A stretch of 64,000 nucleotides of DNA from a virus, in the IMG/VR virus record IMGVR_UViG_3300025141_000030; one strand, given 5' to 3'. The notes under the pieces are model-generated. The model worked only from the letters and a program-made list of their open reading frames with translations, did no database searches and was not told the DNA's origin. Both the position numbers and the translations under genes were made by a program. Positions within the stretch are counted from its first letter, which is position 1. Every line of letters begins with the position of its first letter. Below, one piece after another: positions 1 through 10,253 of this stretch.

Positions 1-130
1 CTATTTTCAGGAATTTATATTAGAAACGGCCTCCCAGGCCTCGTGGCAATCGTTCTTTTAGGAGGATTGAACTGACCGCCTGATTAAAGCTCCTTTCCGC
101 ATATTTATGATGTAGAAGAAGGGGCTTAAA

Positions 131-1324
131 ATGCCAGATTTTCAAAATACTCTGAATCCGACTCCCTTTGGTTTTTTTAACCAGGAGTCGGATTTTCAGT
201 CTGAAGCAGACAACATGATTACCTTTGTCAAGCGAAAGCTTGGCGATGATGTGCTCTCTGTCGAGCTGACAAAAAAGCAGATCTGGGCCTGTTTTGAGGA
301 GTCATTTTTAGAGTACGGCTCGATTATAAATCAGTATCAGGCGAAGTCACAGATGCTGGACTTTTTAGGGACGCCATCTGGATCGCTACTGTCAGGTTCA
401 GAGCAGAAGTATCCACGTCAAACACTTGAATTTTTAAAGCGTCAAGCTGAGCCCTACTCATCTGAAGGTGGTGTCGGAGGTTCGCAAAATCCTGTTTCCG
501 GTGCTATCGCACTTACTAATGGTAAGCAGGATTATGACATCTACAATGATCTCATGACAACGCCTGGAGGCTCTACCACGTTGGTCAGCACGCAGACATC
601 AGGTCGACGGACTAAGATGAAGATTCAGGAGATTTATCACTTCTCACCTTCCGCCGCTTATCGATTTTTTGACTCTACGTCAGCGATCAATTACCTTAAC
701 AATGAATTTTCTTTTGAGTCATTCACGCCAGAGAGCATCTTTTATGTGCTTCCTGTATTTGAGGATATATTAAGGGCCGGACAGATGGATGTCTCGCAGC
801 GTGTCCGTAGATCTAATTACAGTTATAGGATCGAGGGCACCAAGCTGAGGATTTTTCCGGCTCCAACCACTCCGCCAAATGCTCCTAACACTCGTTATCT
901 GTGGGTCAGGGTTGTTTTAAACGCACCGGATCCACTTAATCCGCCTTACACAGATGACACCATTTATGGAGTCTCAAACCTCTCTAACATTCCTTTTGGA
1001 AATCTTCAGTATGATCGAGTTAATAGTGTAGGTAGGCAGTGGGTTAGACAGTTTGGGCTGGCACTAGCAAAGGAATTGCTTGGACTGATCAGGTCAAAGT
1101 TTGGAAATGTGCCCATTCCTAATTCTGAGCTGACGCTGAATGGTGACAATCTTGTGACGCAGGGCCGAGAGGATCAGGAGAAATTAAGGACGCAGCTTTC
1201 CGAGATGCTTGAGTCAATGACATATGATAAGCTCTTGGAGATTCAGGCAGCTACATCTGAAAATATTATGAAGCAGCTTAGAACTGTTCCTGTCCCGAAC
1301 GGACAGGCCATTACAATGGGATAG
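131..1324 (+). CDS. Neck / head-tail connector protein (T4 gp13-like)
   Basis: 397 aa; N-terminal 'FVKRKLG..VLSVELT..QI' and C-terminal 'WVRQF.LALAKELLG.IRSKF...PIP....TLNG..L' resemble gp13-like neck proteins; first gene of a neck-tail block. Confidence 0.7.
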   Translation: MPDFQNTLNPTPFGFFNQESDFQSEADNMITFVKRKLGDDVLSVELTKKQIWACFEESFLEYGSIINQYQAKSQMLDFLGTPSGSLLSGSEQKYPRQTLEFLKRQAEPYSSEGGVGGSQNPVSGAIALTNGKQDYDIYNDLMTTPGGSTTLVSTQTSGRRTKMKIQEIYHFSPSAAYRFFDSTSAINYLNNEFSFESFTPESIFYVLPVFEDILRAGQMDVSQRVRRSNYSYRIEGTKLRIFPAPTTPPNAPNTRYLWVRVVLNAPDPLNPPYTDDTIYGVSNLSNIPFGNLQYDRVNSVGRQWVRQFGLALAKELLGLIRSKFGNVPIPNSELTLNGDNLVTQGREDQEKLRTQLSEMLESMTYDKLLEIQAATSENIMKQLRTVPVPNGQAITMG

Positions 1325-1329
1325 TTTAG

Positions 1330-1992
1330 ATGGCTCGTCTTTTTATTACACCACGCGAAATAGACTTTATAAGCGATATCACCAAGGAGATCGTCAAGGA
1401 TGTAATAGGGCAAAAAATTTACTATTACCCTATAAGCGCCGCCAAGACTAAGGTCCATGAGGTCTATGAGGAGGCTCCTGAGAAGGTTTTCGACAACCCC
1501 ATTGAGATAAACTGCCTGGTGCAGTACGACGCCACTGAGGTCACAACAGGCAAGTTCGGGACAGAGGACTTCTATGGTATCGAGGCATTTATCCAGAACA
1601 GGGACATGATCGACAAGGGAATTCAGCTCTATGAGGGTGATTTTTTTAGTTATGGCACTGTCTTTTTCGAGGTAATTCAGGTCATAGTTCTCGATAATAT
1701 CTACGGACAGGCAGAGTACACTGCCGGCGTTAAGCTTCTTGGTAAGGAGGCCAGGAAGAGTCAGTTCACCACTAAGCTTCTCGGACCCACTGACGAGTCA
1801 TATTCAGACGCCGACGCAGTCCAAAAGACATTTATTCAGCAACGTGGCTTCCCGGAGAACGCGGAGGGCCCGACAGGAGACGTACGCAACTTAATTGAGC
1901 GAGGTGTCTTGACAGATCCAATAACAGGTCCCGCAGAGGTCTCACCTAAGGGCGGCAACAAGGGGACATCATCATTTTATGATGAGTCGTAG
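1330..1992 (+). CDS. Head closure / neck protein (T4 gp14-like)
   Basis: 220 aa; 'GQKIYYY...VYEEA..K.F..PIEI' and 'EGDFF.YG..FFEV' pattern; lies between the neck and tail-terminator genes. Confidence 0.55.
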   Translation: MARLFITPREIDFISDITKEIVKDVIGQKIYYYPISAAKTKVHEVYEEAPEKVFDNPIEINCLVQYDATEVTTGKFGTEDFYGIEAFIQNRDMIDKGIQLYEGDFFSYGTVFFEVIQVIVLDNIYGQAEYTAGVKLLGKEARKSQFTTKLLGPTDESYSDADAVQKTFIQQRGFPENAEGPTGDVRNLIERGVLTDPITGPAEVSPKGGNKGTSSFYDES

Positions 1993-2000
1993 GGGATAAA

Positions 2001-3227
2001 ATGGCACGTCAAAATATAAGGGAAGAGTCCAAGGATCGCCTTTCAACAGGTTACGAGGGTGAAAATATCCCGACAGACTTTATGATTCCCGAGTGCAATG
2101 TCGAGGATGTTGACAAGGCTGTCTTTAACCTGTTTGACAAGGATATGGCACACCCACTATTTGTGGGACAACAGCAGAATGCTAAAAAGGTCCCGGTAAT
2201 TTTTGCGACTGGGGAGCGATTTGCCCTTGTCAAGAGAAAGATTCCGATCAGGGATAAGAATAATGCGCTAATTCTTCCCCTGATATCCGTTAGGAGGACT
2301 GGTATCGAGCTGGTGCCTGCATCTGAGTACGGCCTTCCTGGTGCCACCGGCCCCTTAACTATTAAAAGGAGACTGAGCAGTCGAGATCCAAGGTTCCAGT
2401 CAGTTATAAATCGATTGCAGCTGGAAAATCAGGATGATGTCGCCAGTCGCAAAAATTTTGGTGATGCTAATCTTCGGAGACAGTCAGATGCAGGCACCGT
2501 AGCTTCTCGTCGAAATACTAGGTTAACGACTCGGGAGAGGTTTGATTTTGAAAAGGGAATGTTGCTGGCACCTAATTTAGGTCGCAATATTTTTGAGACT
2601 ATAACTATCCCATTTCCTAAGTTTTATAAGGCGACATATGAGATAACGTATTGGACGCAGTACACCTCACACATGAACCAGATGATTGAAAACACCGTGA
2701 ACTCTGTGGAGACGCAGGGAAAGAATTTTAAGATTAAATCTGACAAGGGATACTGGTTCGTCGCTTATCTTGGGGAGAGCTTCTCGCCAGGTGATAATTT
2801 CGACGATTTTACCGGGGACGAGAGAATAATCAGGTATTCGTTTAATATTCATTCCTACGCTTATTTTATGGCCAATCAAAATCCTGGCCAGCCTTCACCG
2901 TTCAGGTACAAGATGTCGGCACCTCAGATTAATTTTGGAATTTTTTCTATAAACGGGCCGATTACTGTCCCCGGTGCCCTAACATCCGATGTTGGAACCG
3001 GTGACATCAATAAGTTTATACTTGACGATGTCGAGGTCCTTGACAACAAAGGCGATAAAATTGAGTCCAATAGTCAGGTAATTGAAAATGTTACGGAGAA
3101 GATAGTAGACCCATTCGGAGATGGGTCGACATATCGTGAAGTTAAGGTTTTAACTAGGAATCAGAGGCAGGGCGAAACTGTCGCTCGAAGCCGTATAGTG
3201 CGAAAAATAGACGATTTCAGTCCATAG
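2001..3227 (+). CDS. Tail terminator / sheath stabiliser (T4 gp15-like)
   Basis: 408 aa; 'KVPVIFATGER', 'LPLISVRR', 'TIPFP.....YEIT.WT.Y...MNQ.IE'; directly upstream of the sheath genes. Confidence 0.55.
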   Translation: MARQNIREESKDRLSTGYEGENIPTDFMIPECNVEDVDKAVFNLFDKDMAHPLFVGQQQNAKKVPVIFATGERFALVKRKIPIRDKNNALILPLISVRRTGIELVPASEYGLPGATGPLTIKRRLSSRDPRFQSVINRLQLENQDDVASRKNFGDANLRRQSDAGTVASRRNTRLTTRERFDFEKGMLLAPNLGRNIFETITIPFPKFYKATYEITYWTQYTSHMNQMIENTVNSVETQGKNFKIKSDKGYWFVAYLGESFSPGDNFDDFTGDERIIRYSFNIHSYAYFMANQNPGQPSPFRYKMSAPQINFGIFSINGPITVPGALTSDVGTGDINKFILDDVEVLDNKGDKIESNSQVIENVTEKIVDPFGDGSTYREVKVLTRNQRQGETVARSRIVRKIDDFSP

Positions 3228-3295
3228 ATCGGTTTTTAGACTTTTAAACTCATAATTATAAAAGATTGCCTAGGCTTGTAAATTGGGAGACCCAC

Positions 3296-6200
3296 ATGGC
3301 TGAGAAAACATTTAGATCACCAGGATTTTTTGACAATGAGGTTGACTTAACTCAGCGCGAAAAGGCGCCGCTTGGAACACCAGCCGGTGTTATTGGCACT
3401 GCTGAGAAAGGACCCGCATTTGTCCCCGTGACAGTTGGATCATTTGCTGACTTTAAGACCAAGTTTGGAAACTTGGATTCTACTAAGTTTGGTCCCTACG
3501 CGGTTAACGAGTTCCTAAAGAATAAGAATGCGGTTACATACGTCCGCGTCCTTGGCGCCGGCGCCATTTCTAGCTCGGCTGACATTGAGAATGAGCGGAT
3601 CAAGGGCACTCGCCCTGGAGCTGGCTTTAGGTTATCTCCAACACCAGTCGCTGCTGGTAATCCTACCAATGGTGGCACCACCGAGACTGTCCAGTTCATT
3701 GTTGCAGATCACTTTATCTCCGCTTCGGAGACAGTGGGTATGCCAATGTTCAGTGATAACAGCAGTTTTGATGATGCCACATCAGGCACCGGTGTTAAGC
3801 TGGTCAGGGCTATGATCATGCCTGCTGCAGGTGCACGTATTGAGGTGATGGATTACAGCCAGGCATATGCGGCTGGAAGTATCACTGATGACCTGGCAAA
3901 CGTCGGTCCGGCAAATATTGGTGATATGGCGTCCTGCTTCAAGCTTGTCGTCTCATCGTCAGCGGGCTCATCATTCTCCAATGATGATGGAGCCGCTGGT
4001 ATTAAGGTGTACACGGCATCACTAGACCCCAGCAATCCCTACTTTATCTCTAAGGTACTGAATACTAGTCCGACAGAGTTTGCCTTGAAAAAGCACCTGC
4101 TTTATGCCTCATTCGATGTTGATGCCCAGCTGGCGTCAGTGGACGACACGGCAAGCTCCAATGCTGTAGCAGTAGTGTCAGGCTCCTCGATCACTAACTC
4201 TAACTCGGAACCGTTTATCAGCGCTTATGGAAGGTTTGACGCTGCATACAAGGCACCAAAGACCGAGTTTATGATATCGCAGCCTTACGGAAGTAAGGAG
4301 TATGACCTGTTTAGGGTCGAGGCCATTTCCGATGGTGCATATTCTAATACGGACCTTAAGATTTCTATAAGGAACATTCGGGCCTCTATCGATCCTAATA
4401 GCGAGTTCGGCTCATTTACACTTCAGGTTCGAAAGTTCTCTGATACTGACCTAAATCCCGAGGTGCTGGAGGAGTATCCTAACATTTCACTAGACAAGAC
4501 AGCTCCTAACTTTATCACCAAGGTGATCGGAGACAAGAAGGCCTTCTATAACTTTAACGCTGAGCAGGACGAGGAGAAGAGGGTCATCTCGACCGGTAAG
4601 CATCCCAATATGTCAGCGCTGATCAGGATTGTGGAGAGCAGTGACATGGCCAACGGCCGAGTGCCTAAGTCGGCGCTACCGTTCGGCTTCCGTGGATATC
4701 CGCTGCTGCGTACAAACGCTAATAACGACGATTTTAGCGGCATCGCCATGAACAATGGGCTACTAATTGGCACATTAGGTAGTGGAAATGGTGCTGCCCT
4801 TTCGGCGTCCATTCTGCCTCCGATCCCATATCGCTTTAAGTCTACCCGCGGCAACCTTTACGGATCGGGTGGCGAGACGCCGTCATTCGTGGGTGAGCCA
4901 GGAAGTCAGGAAATAGTTGACGGAAGGTTCTACTGGGGTGTTAAGTTCGAGAGAAACACATCTCCCTATAATGCCAACCCCACCCAGGCGGCTAACGGCT
5001 GTATATCAGCATTCACTAAGTTTATAGGAATACCTGAGCAACAGGTCGTTGTCTCGGGCAGCAATCGGGACACCTTTAATAACAACAAGTTTACTTTGGC
5101 GCAGGTCGCACTGCACCCACTGTCAGCTTCTACTTGGTCTCTTTTTGACTCGTCTACAGTAAACGATATGATGAAGGCAACCGCTTACATTCGTAACGGC
5201 TCACCTAACGTGACTCCTGCGGGATCCGACAACGCGCTTTACACCATTGCCGACCCGGTCTCTGCCGGTGTCAGGTTTACCATGGCCTCACTGCTGGCCT
5301 CAGGAGCGCTGGCCTTTAACAGGTTTACTAACTATCACAAGTTCAGCACTTTCCTTGCTGGCGGTTTTGATGGCCTGAATATTCTTGATAAGAATGCCGG
5401 CCGTATGGACGATAAGTCCTGCTCCACCGCTAACGGCGGCGGTGCTAACTCTAACTTTACATCCCCTGGATTACTGTTAAATACGGCAGGCTCCAATAAG
5501 AACAACAGCACTGTCCAGGCGTATCGCACCGCGGCAGCAATCCTGACTGATTCGTTTATCTCTAATATTAATATTCTGGCTATTCCAAGTATTAGGGAGC
5601 CTCTGGTTAGTGATAGGGCAGCACAGCTTACCAAGGACTACTCAATGGCCGTCTACCTGATGGATATTGAGAATTACGACGATAGCTCTAACAGACTGTT
5701 TGATGATAGTACTGTCCGACCTAGCGTCAGGAAGACGAAGGAGAAGTTTGAGAGTCGAGCGATTGATAACAACTATGTCGCTACATACTTCCCCGATGTT
5801 ATTATCGAAGACCTCGTAGGTCGACACATTAATGTTCCGTCCAGCGTTGCAGCTCTCGGTGCTCTTGGCTATAACGACAAGGTCGGCTACCCGTGGTTCG
5901 CTCCTGCTGGTTTTAATCGGGCAGCACTTGATTTCGTCAAGAATGTCGACGTCAGGCTGACCAAGGGAGATCGTGATGACTTGTACGATGCACGAATTAA
6001 TCCAATAGCCACATTCCCCAGTCAGGGGTTCGTTATTTTCGGACAGAAGACACTGCAATTTGCTAAGTCTGCCCTGGACAGGGTCAATGTTCGTAGATTG
6101 ATGCTGGAGATTAAGAGAATAATTGTCGGCATCTCTGAGGGAATTATTTTCGAACCAAATACTGTCGCTACCAGGGCATCATTCTTGGCGAAGGTGGTCC

Positions 6201-6391
6201 CACAGCTTGCACTGGTGCAGGCACAGGCCGGAATCGAAAGTTTTAAGGTTGTGATGGATGACACTAACAATAGTGCTGCCGATATTGAGCAGAATAGACT
6301 GAATGGACGTATCGTTGTGGTACCCACGAGGGCGGTCGAATTTATAGTAATTGACTTTATCCTCACAAATTCAGGCGTAAGCTTTGAGTAG
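3296..6391 (+). CDS. Contractile tail sheath protein, copy 1
   Basis: N-terminal 'SPGFF..EVDL....GVIGTAEKGPAFVPV', C-terminal 'PWFAPAGFNR', 'INPI', 'FGQKTLQ...SALDRVNVRRL', 'PTRAVEFI.IDF'. ATG 3296 (after GGAG) preferred over the TTG start at 3266. Confidence 0.93.
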   Translation: MAEKTFRSPGFFDNEVDLTQREKAPLGTPAGVIGTAEKGPAFVPVTVGSFADFKTKFGNLDSTKFGPYAVNEFLKNKNAVTYVRVLGAGAISSSADIENERIKGTRPGAGFRLSPTPVAAGNPTNGGTTETVQFIVADHFISASETVGMPMFSDNSSFDDATSGTGVKLVRAMIMPAAGARIEVMDYSQAYAAGSITDDLANVGPANIGDMASCFKLVVSSSAGSSFSNDDGAAGIKVYTASLDPSNPYFISKVLNTSPTEFALKKHLLYASFDVDAQLASVDDTASSNAVAVVSGSSITNSNSEPFISAYGRFDAAYKAPKTEFMISQPYGSKEYDLFRVEAISDGAYSNTDLKISIRNIRASIDPNSEFGSFTLQVRKFSDTDLNPEVLEEYPNISLDKTAPNFITKVIGDKKAFYNFNAEQDEEKRVISTGKHPNMSALIRIVESSDMANGRVPKSALPFGFRGYPLLRTNANNDDFSGIAMNNGLLIGTLGSGNGAALSASILPPIPYRFKSTRGNLYGSGGETPSFVGEPGSQEIVDGRFYWGVKFERNTSPYNANPTQAANGCISAFTKFIGIPEQQVVVSGSNRDTFNNNKFTLAQVALHPLSASTWSLFDSSTVNDMMKATAYIRNGSPNVTPAGSDNALYTIADPVSAGVRFTMASLLASGALAFNRFTNYHKFSTFLAGGFDGLNILDKNAGRMDDKSCSTANGGGANSNFTSPGLLLNTAGSNKNNSTVQAYRTAAAILTDSFISNINILAIPSIREPLVSDRAAQLTKDYSMAVYLMDIENYDDSSNRLFDDSTVRPSVRKTKEKFESRAIDNNYVATYFPDVIIEDLVGRHINVPSSVAALGALGYNDKVGYPWFAPAGFNRAALDFVKNVDVRLTKGDRDDLYDARINPIATFPSQGFVIFGQKTLQFAKSALDRVNVRRLMLEIKRIIVGISEGIIFEPNTVATRASFLAKVVPQLALVQAQAGIESFKVVMDDTNNSAADIEQNRLNGRIVVVPTRAVEFIVIDFILTNSGVSFE

Positions 6392-6434
6392 GCTAATAAT
6401 TATCACATGAGAATCGCGAGGAGTTGACAAGATC

Positions 6435-9400
6435 ATGGCAGAAACAATACTTACCAGTCCAGGCGTATCAACGCGTGAAATTGATTTAAGTGGCCCCAGT
6501 AACAGCAGGCCTTTTGGCGTTCCTGCTGGCGTTATTGGGACGGCTAATCGGGGGCCTGCATTTGTTCCCGTGACATTCGGATCACGTGCTGATTTCTTTG
6601 CAAAGTTCGGCGAGACCGATGGCGAGAAATTCGGACCTATAGCTATCTCTGAGTGGATGAGCAACGGTGCTACAGCCGGTGCCTACATGAGAGTTCTAGG
6701 CGCCGGTAATGGAAAGCAGCGAAATACAACATCAGGTATAGTTACCAACGCTGGCTTTATTGTTGGCAATGAGGAGATCCAGTCAAATGGTCTAGTCGGT
6801 AGAAATCCTTATGCTAACGATATGGGCATTCCAGGCAACGTTCACTTCCTCGCTGCATTCATGTCACAGTCTAACTCCTCGATCTTTGTCGATGCCGGCC
6901 TCGTTCAAGACGGTGAGACCAAGGCGACGCCAATCCTTCGAGGTGTCTTGATGGCGCCATCCGGCGTGGTCCTTTCACTTTCAGGAGTGCACACAGCCAA
7001 TTCCAACATGCCGCTGTCAACTACCGTGGCAGCCGCTACACCGAACTTTGGACAGATAACGGGCTCGCTTAATATTAGTGGAAGCCAGTCATCATTCGTC
7101 ATGCTACTGAACGGCCACAAGGGCACCGCTGATAATCCACGAATTATTACCGCATCCCTTAATCCCACTGACAGTGACTATTTCGCTAACGTGATGAATC
7201 GCGATCCATCCAAGGTACAGGAGAAGGGGCACCTGGTCTACACTCACTATCCCGTCTACGACACGGAGGCGGTCTATACAGGTTCTGGGGTCGTTGCTAC
7301 CAATGCGTTCGCGCTGAGCAATGCGGACAGTGAGCTCTTCGAGGATATTGTCCTACTTACGACCGGTTCTGCCGACCTCGGTGCAGGATCGTCCACTAAG
7401 CCAGACTACAGGAATTTCCAGAACCGGTTCACTACTTCGACATCTCCGTGGGTGATTAGCGAGGCATCGACTAACCTGTTTAAGGTCACCGGTCTTGATG
7501 ATGGGCAGATCGTATCTTCTTCGCCCAAGGCCATTGATATTCCCGGCTCGAATGATAGGTACAAGATATCTGTCCTTAATATTAAGAAGTCAACATCCAC
7601 GACTGACCTTTACGGTACATTCGACATGGTTGTCAGGGACTTCTACGACACCGATGAGAACCCGATGGTCCTAGAGTCATTCCGAGGCCTTAGTCTCGAT
7701 CCGGCTTCGGATCGATATATTGCCCGGGCAGTTGGCGACCTCAGGACTTACTTCGACTTTGATAAGCCGGATGACGAGCAGCGGCTGGTCGTCGAGGGAA
7801 GCTTTCCAAACGTCTCTAACTACGTTCGCGTACAGATGTCATCTGAGATGACAGCTGGTGACGTTGCAGCCGAGTCACTTCCTGTAGGATTCCGAGGTCC
7901 CACTCACCTGGTGCTGTCTGGAACTGCTGCGCTCGTCGGACTGTCTAGCAGTCTTTATGTGGTGCCTCAGACGGCAGCATCAAACGGAGTGTCGGCAATG
8001 ATTAATGAGTTGCCGGTTCCAATGCGTGAGAATCTTGTCAAGGGTGTTCTCGACTCAGCCACAGAGCGCGTCGAGAAGTCACTGTACTGGGGCGTTCAGT
8101 TCGAGCGTAAGTCGGTCGCTAACGAGACCAACAACAGCCAGCTTCCCAATCCGGCGCTCGCTTCGATGACATCATTCTTCCCGGACTTTAGGCTTAACTC
8201 GCTTAATGTTGCCACCGGTTCCAATCCTGGCGCAGCCAGGCAGGACGGCGGCATCATGGATTGTGACCTGTACAATAATAATAAGTTCAGCCTTCTCAAT
8301 ATCAGAGTGCTGACAGGATCCAATGGAAAGGTGAACGTCAACACCTCGGTCGACTGGCGATATATGCGACGAGGCGGTATCACGCCAAACGCAGCCAACA
8401 AGACACGCGCCCTCAGTTTTGAGACAGACTTTGGTGTCGGCGGTATCTCTCAGTACTTGAAGTTCAGCTTCTTCGTGCAGTCTGGCTTTAACGGACTTGA
8501 CATGTTCAATGAGGACAAGGTTAAGATGAACAACAACGCGGTCCGCCGCGAGATGCTGGACACTGCTAATGAGTCCCAGGAGTCATCCTCGACGGTCGCT
8601 GCGTACCTCAAGGCCTTGGACATAATGGGTAGGACCAGTGACGTTGAGATACAGCTCCTGGCCATCCCAGGAATACGTGAGAGCGTTGTCACAGACGAGG
8701 CTATTAATACTGTTGAGAATCGATTTGATGCGCTCTACCTAATGGATATTCAGGAGAGGGATAACCTCAACCAGGTCATTACCTCATCCCTGCAACAGCC
8801 ACATGTCCAGAACACGGTGACAGCATTCACCGACCGGGCCCTTGACACTTCATTCGCGGCAGCCTACTTCCCGAATGTGACAATCATCGACCCGGTTAAG
8901 CTGAGCAACGTTGAGGTGCCGCCGTCAGTGGCCGTCCTCGGCGCGTTCGCCAAGAACGATCGACTGGCGCATCCCTGGTTTGCCCCAGCAGGATTCAGCC
9001 GGGCGACGCTGAGCACCACACAGGACGTGAGCGTCTGGATTAACCAGGACAATGCCGATCGACTCTACGAGGCGGATATCAATCCGCTGAGGCGATTTGT
9101 GGGAGCCAATGCAGGAATTGTGGTCTTCGGACAGAAGACACTGCAGCAGGCTCAGTCGGCCCTTGACAGGATTAATGTCAGGCGCCTCCTCATTGAGATC
9201 AGGCGACAGGTTCGCGCCATTGCGAACCGATTCCTGTTCGAGCCTAATCGCGATACAACACTTGCAGCATTCTCTGCAGCCGTCCAACCCCTACTGCAGC
9301 GAGTTCAACAGCAGCAGGGTGTTGATAGGTTTAAGGTCCTGATTGACACGACCACCACGACTCAGGCGGATGTTGAGAACAATACGATTCGAGGAAAGAT

Positions 9401-9476
9401 ATTCCTGCAGCCGACACGTTCGGTCGAATTTGTTTCACTTGACTTTGTCGTCACAAACGCTGGCGCCGAGGAGTAA
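6435..9476 (+). CDS. Contractile tail sheath protein, copy 2 (paralogue)
   Basis: Same motifs: 'SPGVSTREID', 'GPAFVPV', 'PWFAPAGF', 'FGQKTLQ..QSALDRINVRRL', 'PTRSVEFVSLDF'. Confidence 0.93.
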   Translation: MAETILTSPGVSTREIDLSGPSNSRPFGVPAGVIGTANRGPAFVPVTFGSRADFFAKFGETDGEKFGPIAISEWMSNGATAGAYMRVLGAGNGKQRNTTSGIVTNAGFIVGNEEIQSNGLVGRNPYANDMGIPGNVHFLAAFMSQSNSSIFVDAGLVQDGETKATPILRGVLMAPSGVVLSLSGVHTANSNMPLSTTVAAATPNFGQITGSLNISGSQSSFVMLLNGHKGTADNPRIITASLNPTDSDYFANVMNRDPSKVQEKGHLVYTHYPVYDTEAVYTGSGVVATNAFALSNADSELFEDIVLLTTGSADLGAGSSTKPDYRNFQNRFTTSTSPWVISEASTNLFKVTGLDDGQIVSSSPKAIDIPGSNDRYKISVLNIKKSTSTTDLYGTFDMVVRDFYDTDENPMVLESFRGLSLDPASDRYIARAVGDLRTYFDFDKPDDEQRLVVEGSFPNVSNYVRVQMSSEMTAGDVAAESLPVGFRGPTHLVLSGTAALVGLSSSLYVVPQTAASNGVSAMINELPVPMRENLVKGVLDSATERVEKSLYWGVQFERKSVANETNNSQLPNPALASMTSFFPDFRLNSLNVATGSNPGAARQDGGIMDCDLYNNNKFSLLNIRVLTGSNGKVNVNTSVDWRYMRRGGITPNAANKTRALSFETDFGVGGISQYLKFSFFVQSGFNGLDMFNEDKVKMNNNAVRREMLDTANESQESSSTVAAYLKALDIMGRTSDVEIQLLAIPGIRESVVTDEAINTVENRFDALYLMDIQERDNLNQVITSSLQQPHVQNTVTAFTDRALDTSFAAAYFPNVTIIDPVKLSNVEVPPSVAVLGAFAKNDRLAHPWFAPAGFSRATLSTTQDVSVWINQDNADRLYEADINPLRRFVGANAGIVVFGQKTLQQAQSALDRINVRRLLIEIRRQVRAIANRFLFEPNRDTTLAAFSAAVQPLLQRVQQQQGVDRFKVLIDTTTTTQADVENNTIRGKIFLQPTRSVEFVSLDFVVTNAGAEE

Positions 9477-9532
9477 ATGAACATGCTTTTTTTAACCACG
9501 AGCATATATATCTTTAGCGGAGGAAACTAGAA

Positions 9533-10021
9533 ATGGCCGAGACACTTTCAGTTGCAGAAATGCTTCCTAATAAGTTTGAGCCCAAGAGGAAGTTTAGATG
9601 GGTTTTTCAGATAGAGGGAGTTGACGCCTTCCTGATCAAGACTGCTGCTCGTCCGACGATAAGCACCGAAGAGGTCACCCTTCCGTTTATCAACCACACC
9701 AGGTATCTTGCGGGCCGCACAACGTTCGGCACTGTGTCAGTGACACTGTACGATCCGATTGCACCTTCTGGTGCCCAGCAGGTGATGGAGTGGGTCAGGC
9801 TGCACTTCGAGTCGGTCTCCGGCCGCTCCGGTTATGCAGACTTCTACAAGCGTGACTGTCAGATCAAGATGCTTGATCCTGTCGGTACCGTCGTTGAGCT
9901 ATGGGACATGAAGGGCGCCTTCCTCACAGAGGCCAACTTCGGTGACATGGATTACAGCGCGTCTGACCCGACTGAGGTGTCGCTGACACTTCGCTTTGAT
10001 AATTGCGTGCTTCAGTTCTAG
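9533..10021 (+). CDS. Tail tube protein (T4 gp19-like)
   Basis: 162 aa; 'EPKRKFRW', 'TLYDPI.PSGAQ.VMEW', 'LDPVG.VVE.W...GAF'; follows the sheath genes; GGAGG RBS. Confidence 0.9.
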   Translation: MAETLSVAEMLPNKFEPKRKFRWVFQIEGVDAFLIKTAARPTISTEEVTLPFINHTRYLAGRTTFGTVSVTLYDPIAPSGAQQVMEWVRLHFESVSGRSGYADFYKRDCQIKMLDPVGTVVELWDMKGAFLTEANFGDMDYSASDPTEVSLTLRFDNCVLQF

Positions 10022-10044
10022 TTCATACATTAATTCTATCTTAG

Positions 10045-10086
10045 AATGCCCTGGCTACTTAATTGAAGCCGGGGCGTTTTATTTTT
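10045..10086 (+). terminator. Rho-independent terminator after the tail tube gene
   Basis: Stem AATGCCCTGGCT (10045-10056) pairs with AGCCGGGGCGTT (10067-10078, some G:U pairs), followed by TTATTTTT. Confidence 0.75.
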
Positions 10087-10185
10087 ACTGAAAATTAATT
10101 TGGGCATAATTATTAGCGTGACAGTGGTCATTAGTCACACGTGATTCCATAAAATTATTATGAAGAGCCGTGGACCCTTTAAATT

Positions 10186-10225
10186 TTGACACATTTATTT
10201 ACACAATCGTATGATATCGTACAAT
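10186..10225 (+). promoter_or_regulatory. Sigma70-like promoter(s) upstream of the tail chaperone
   Basis: TTGACA (10186-91)-N18-TATGAT (10210-15), overlapping TTTACA (10198-203)-N16-TACAAT (10220-25). Confidence 0.5.
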
Positions 10226-10253
10226 TTACAAGGAGCTTTAGGAGTCCCCTTAT

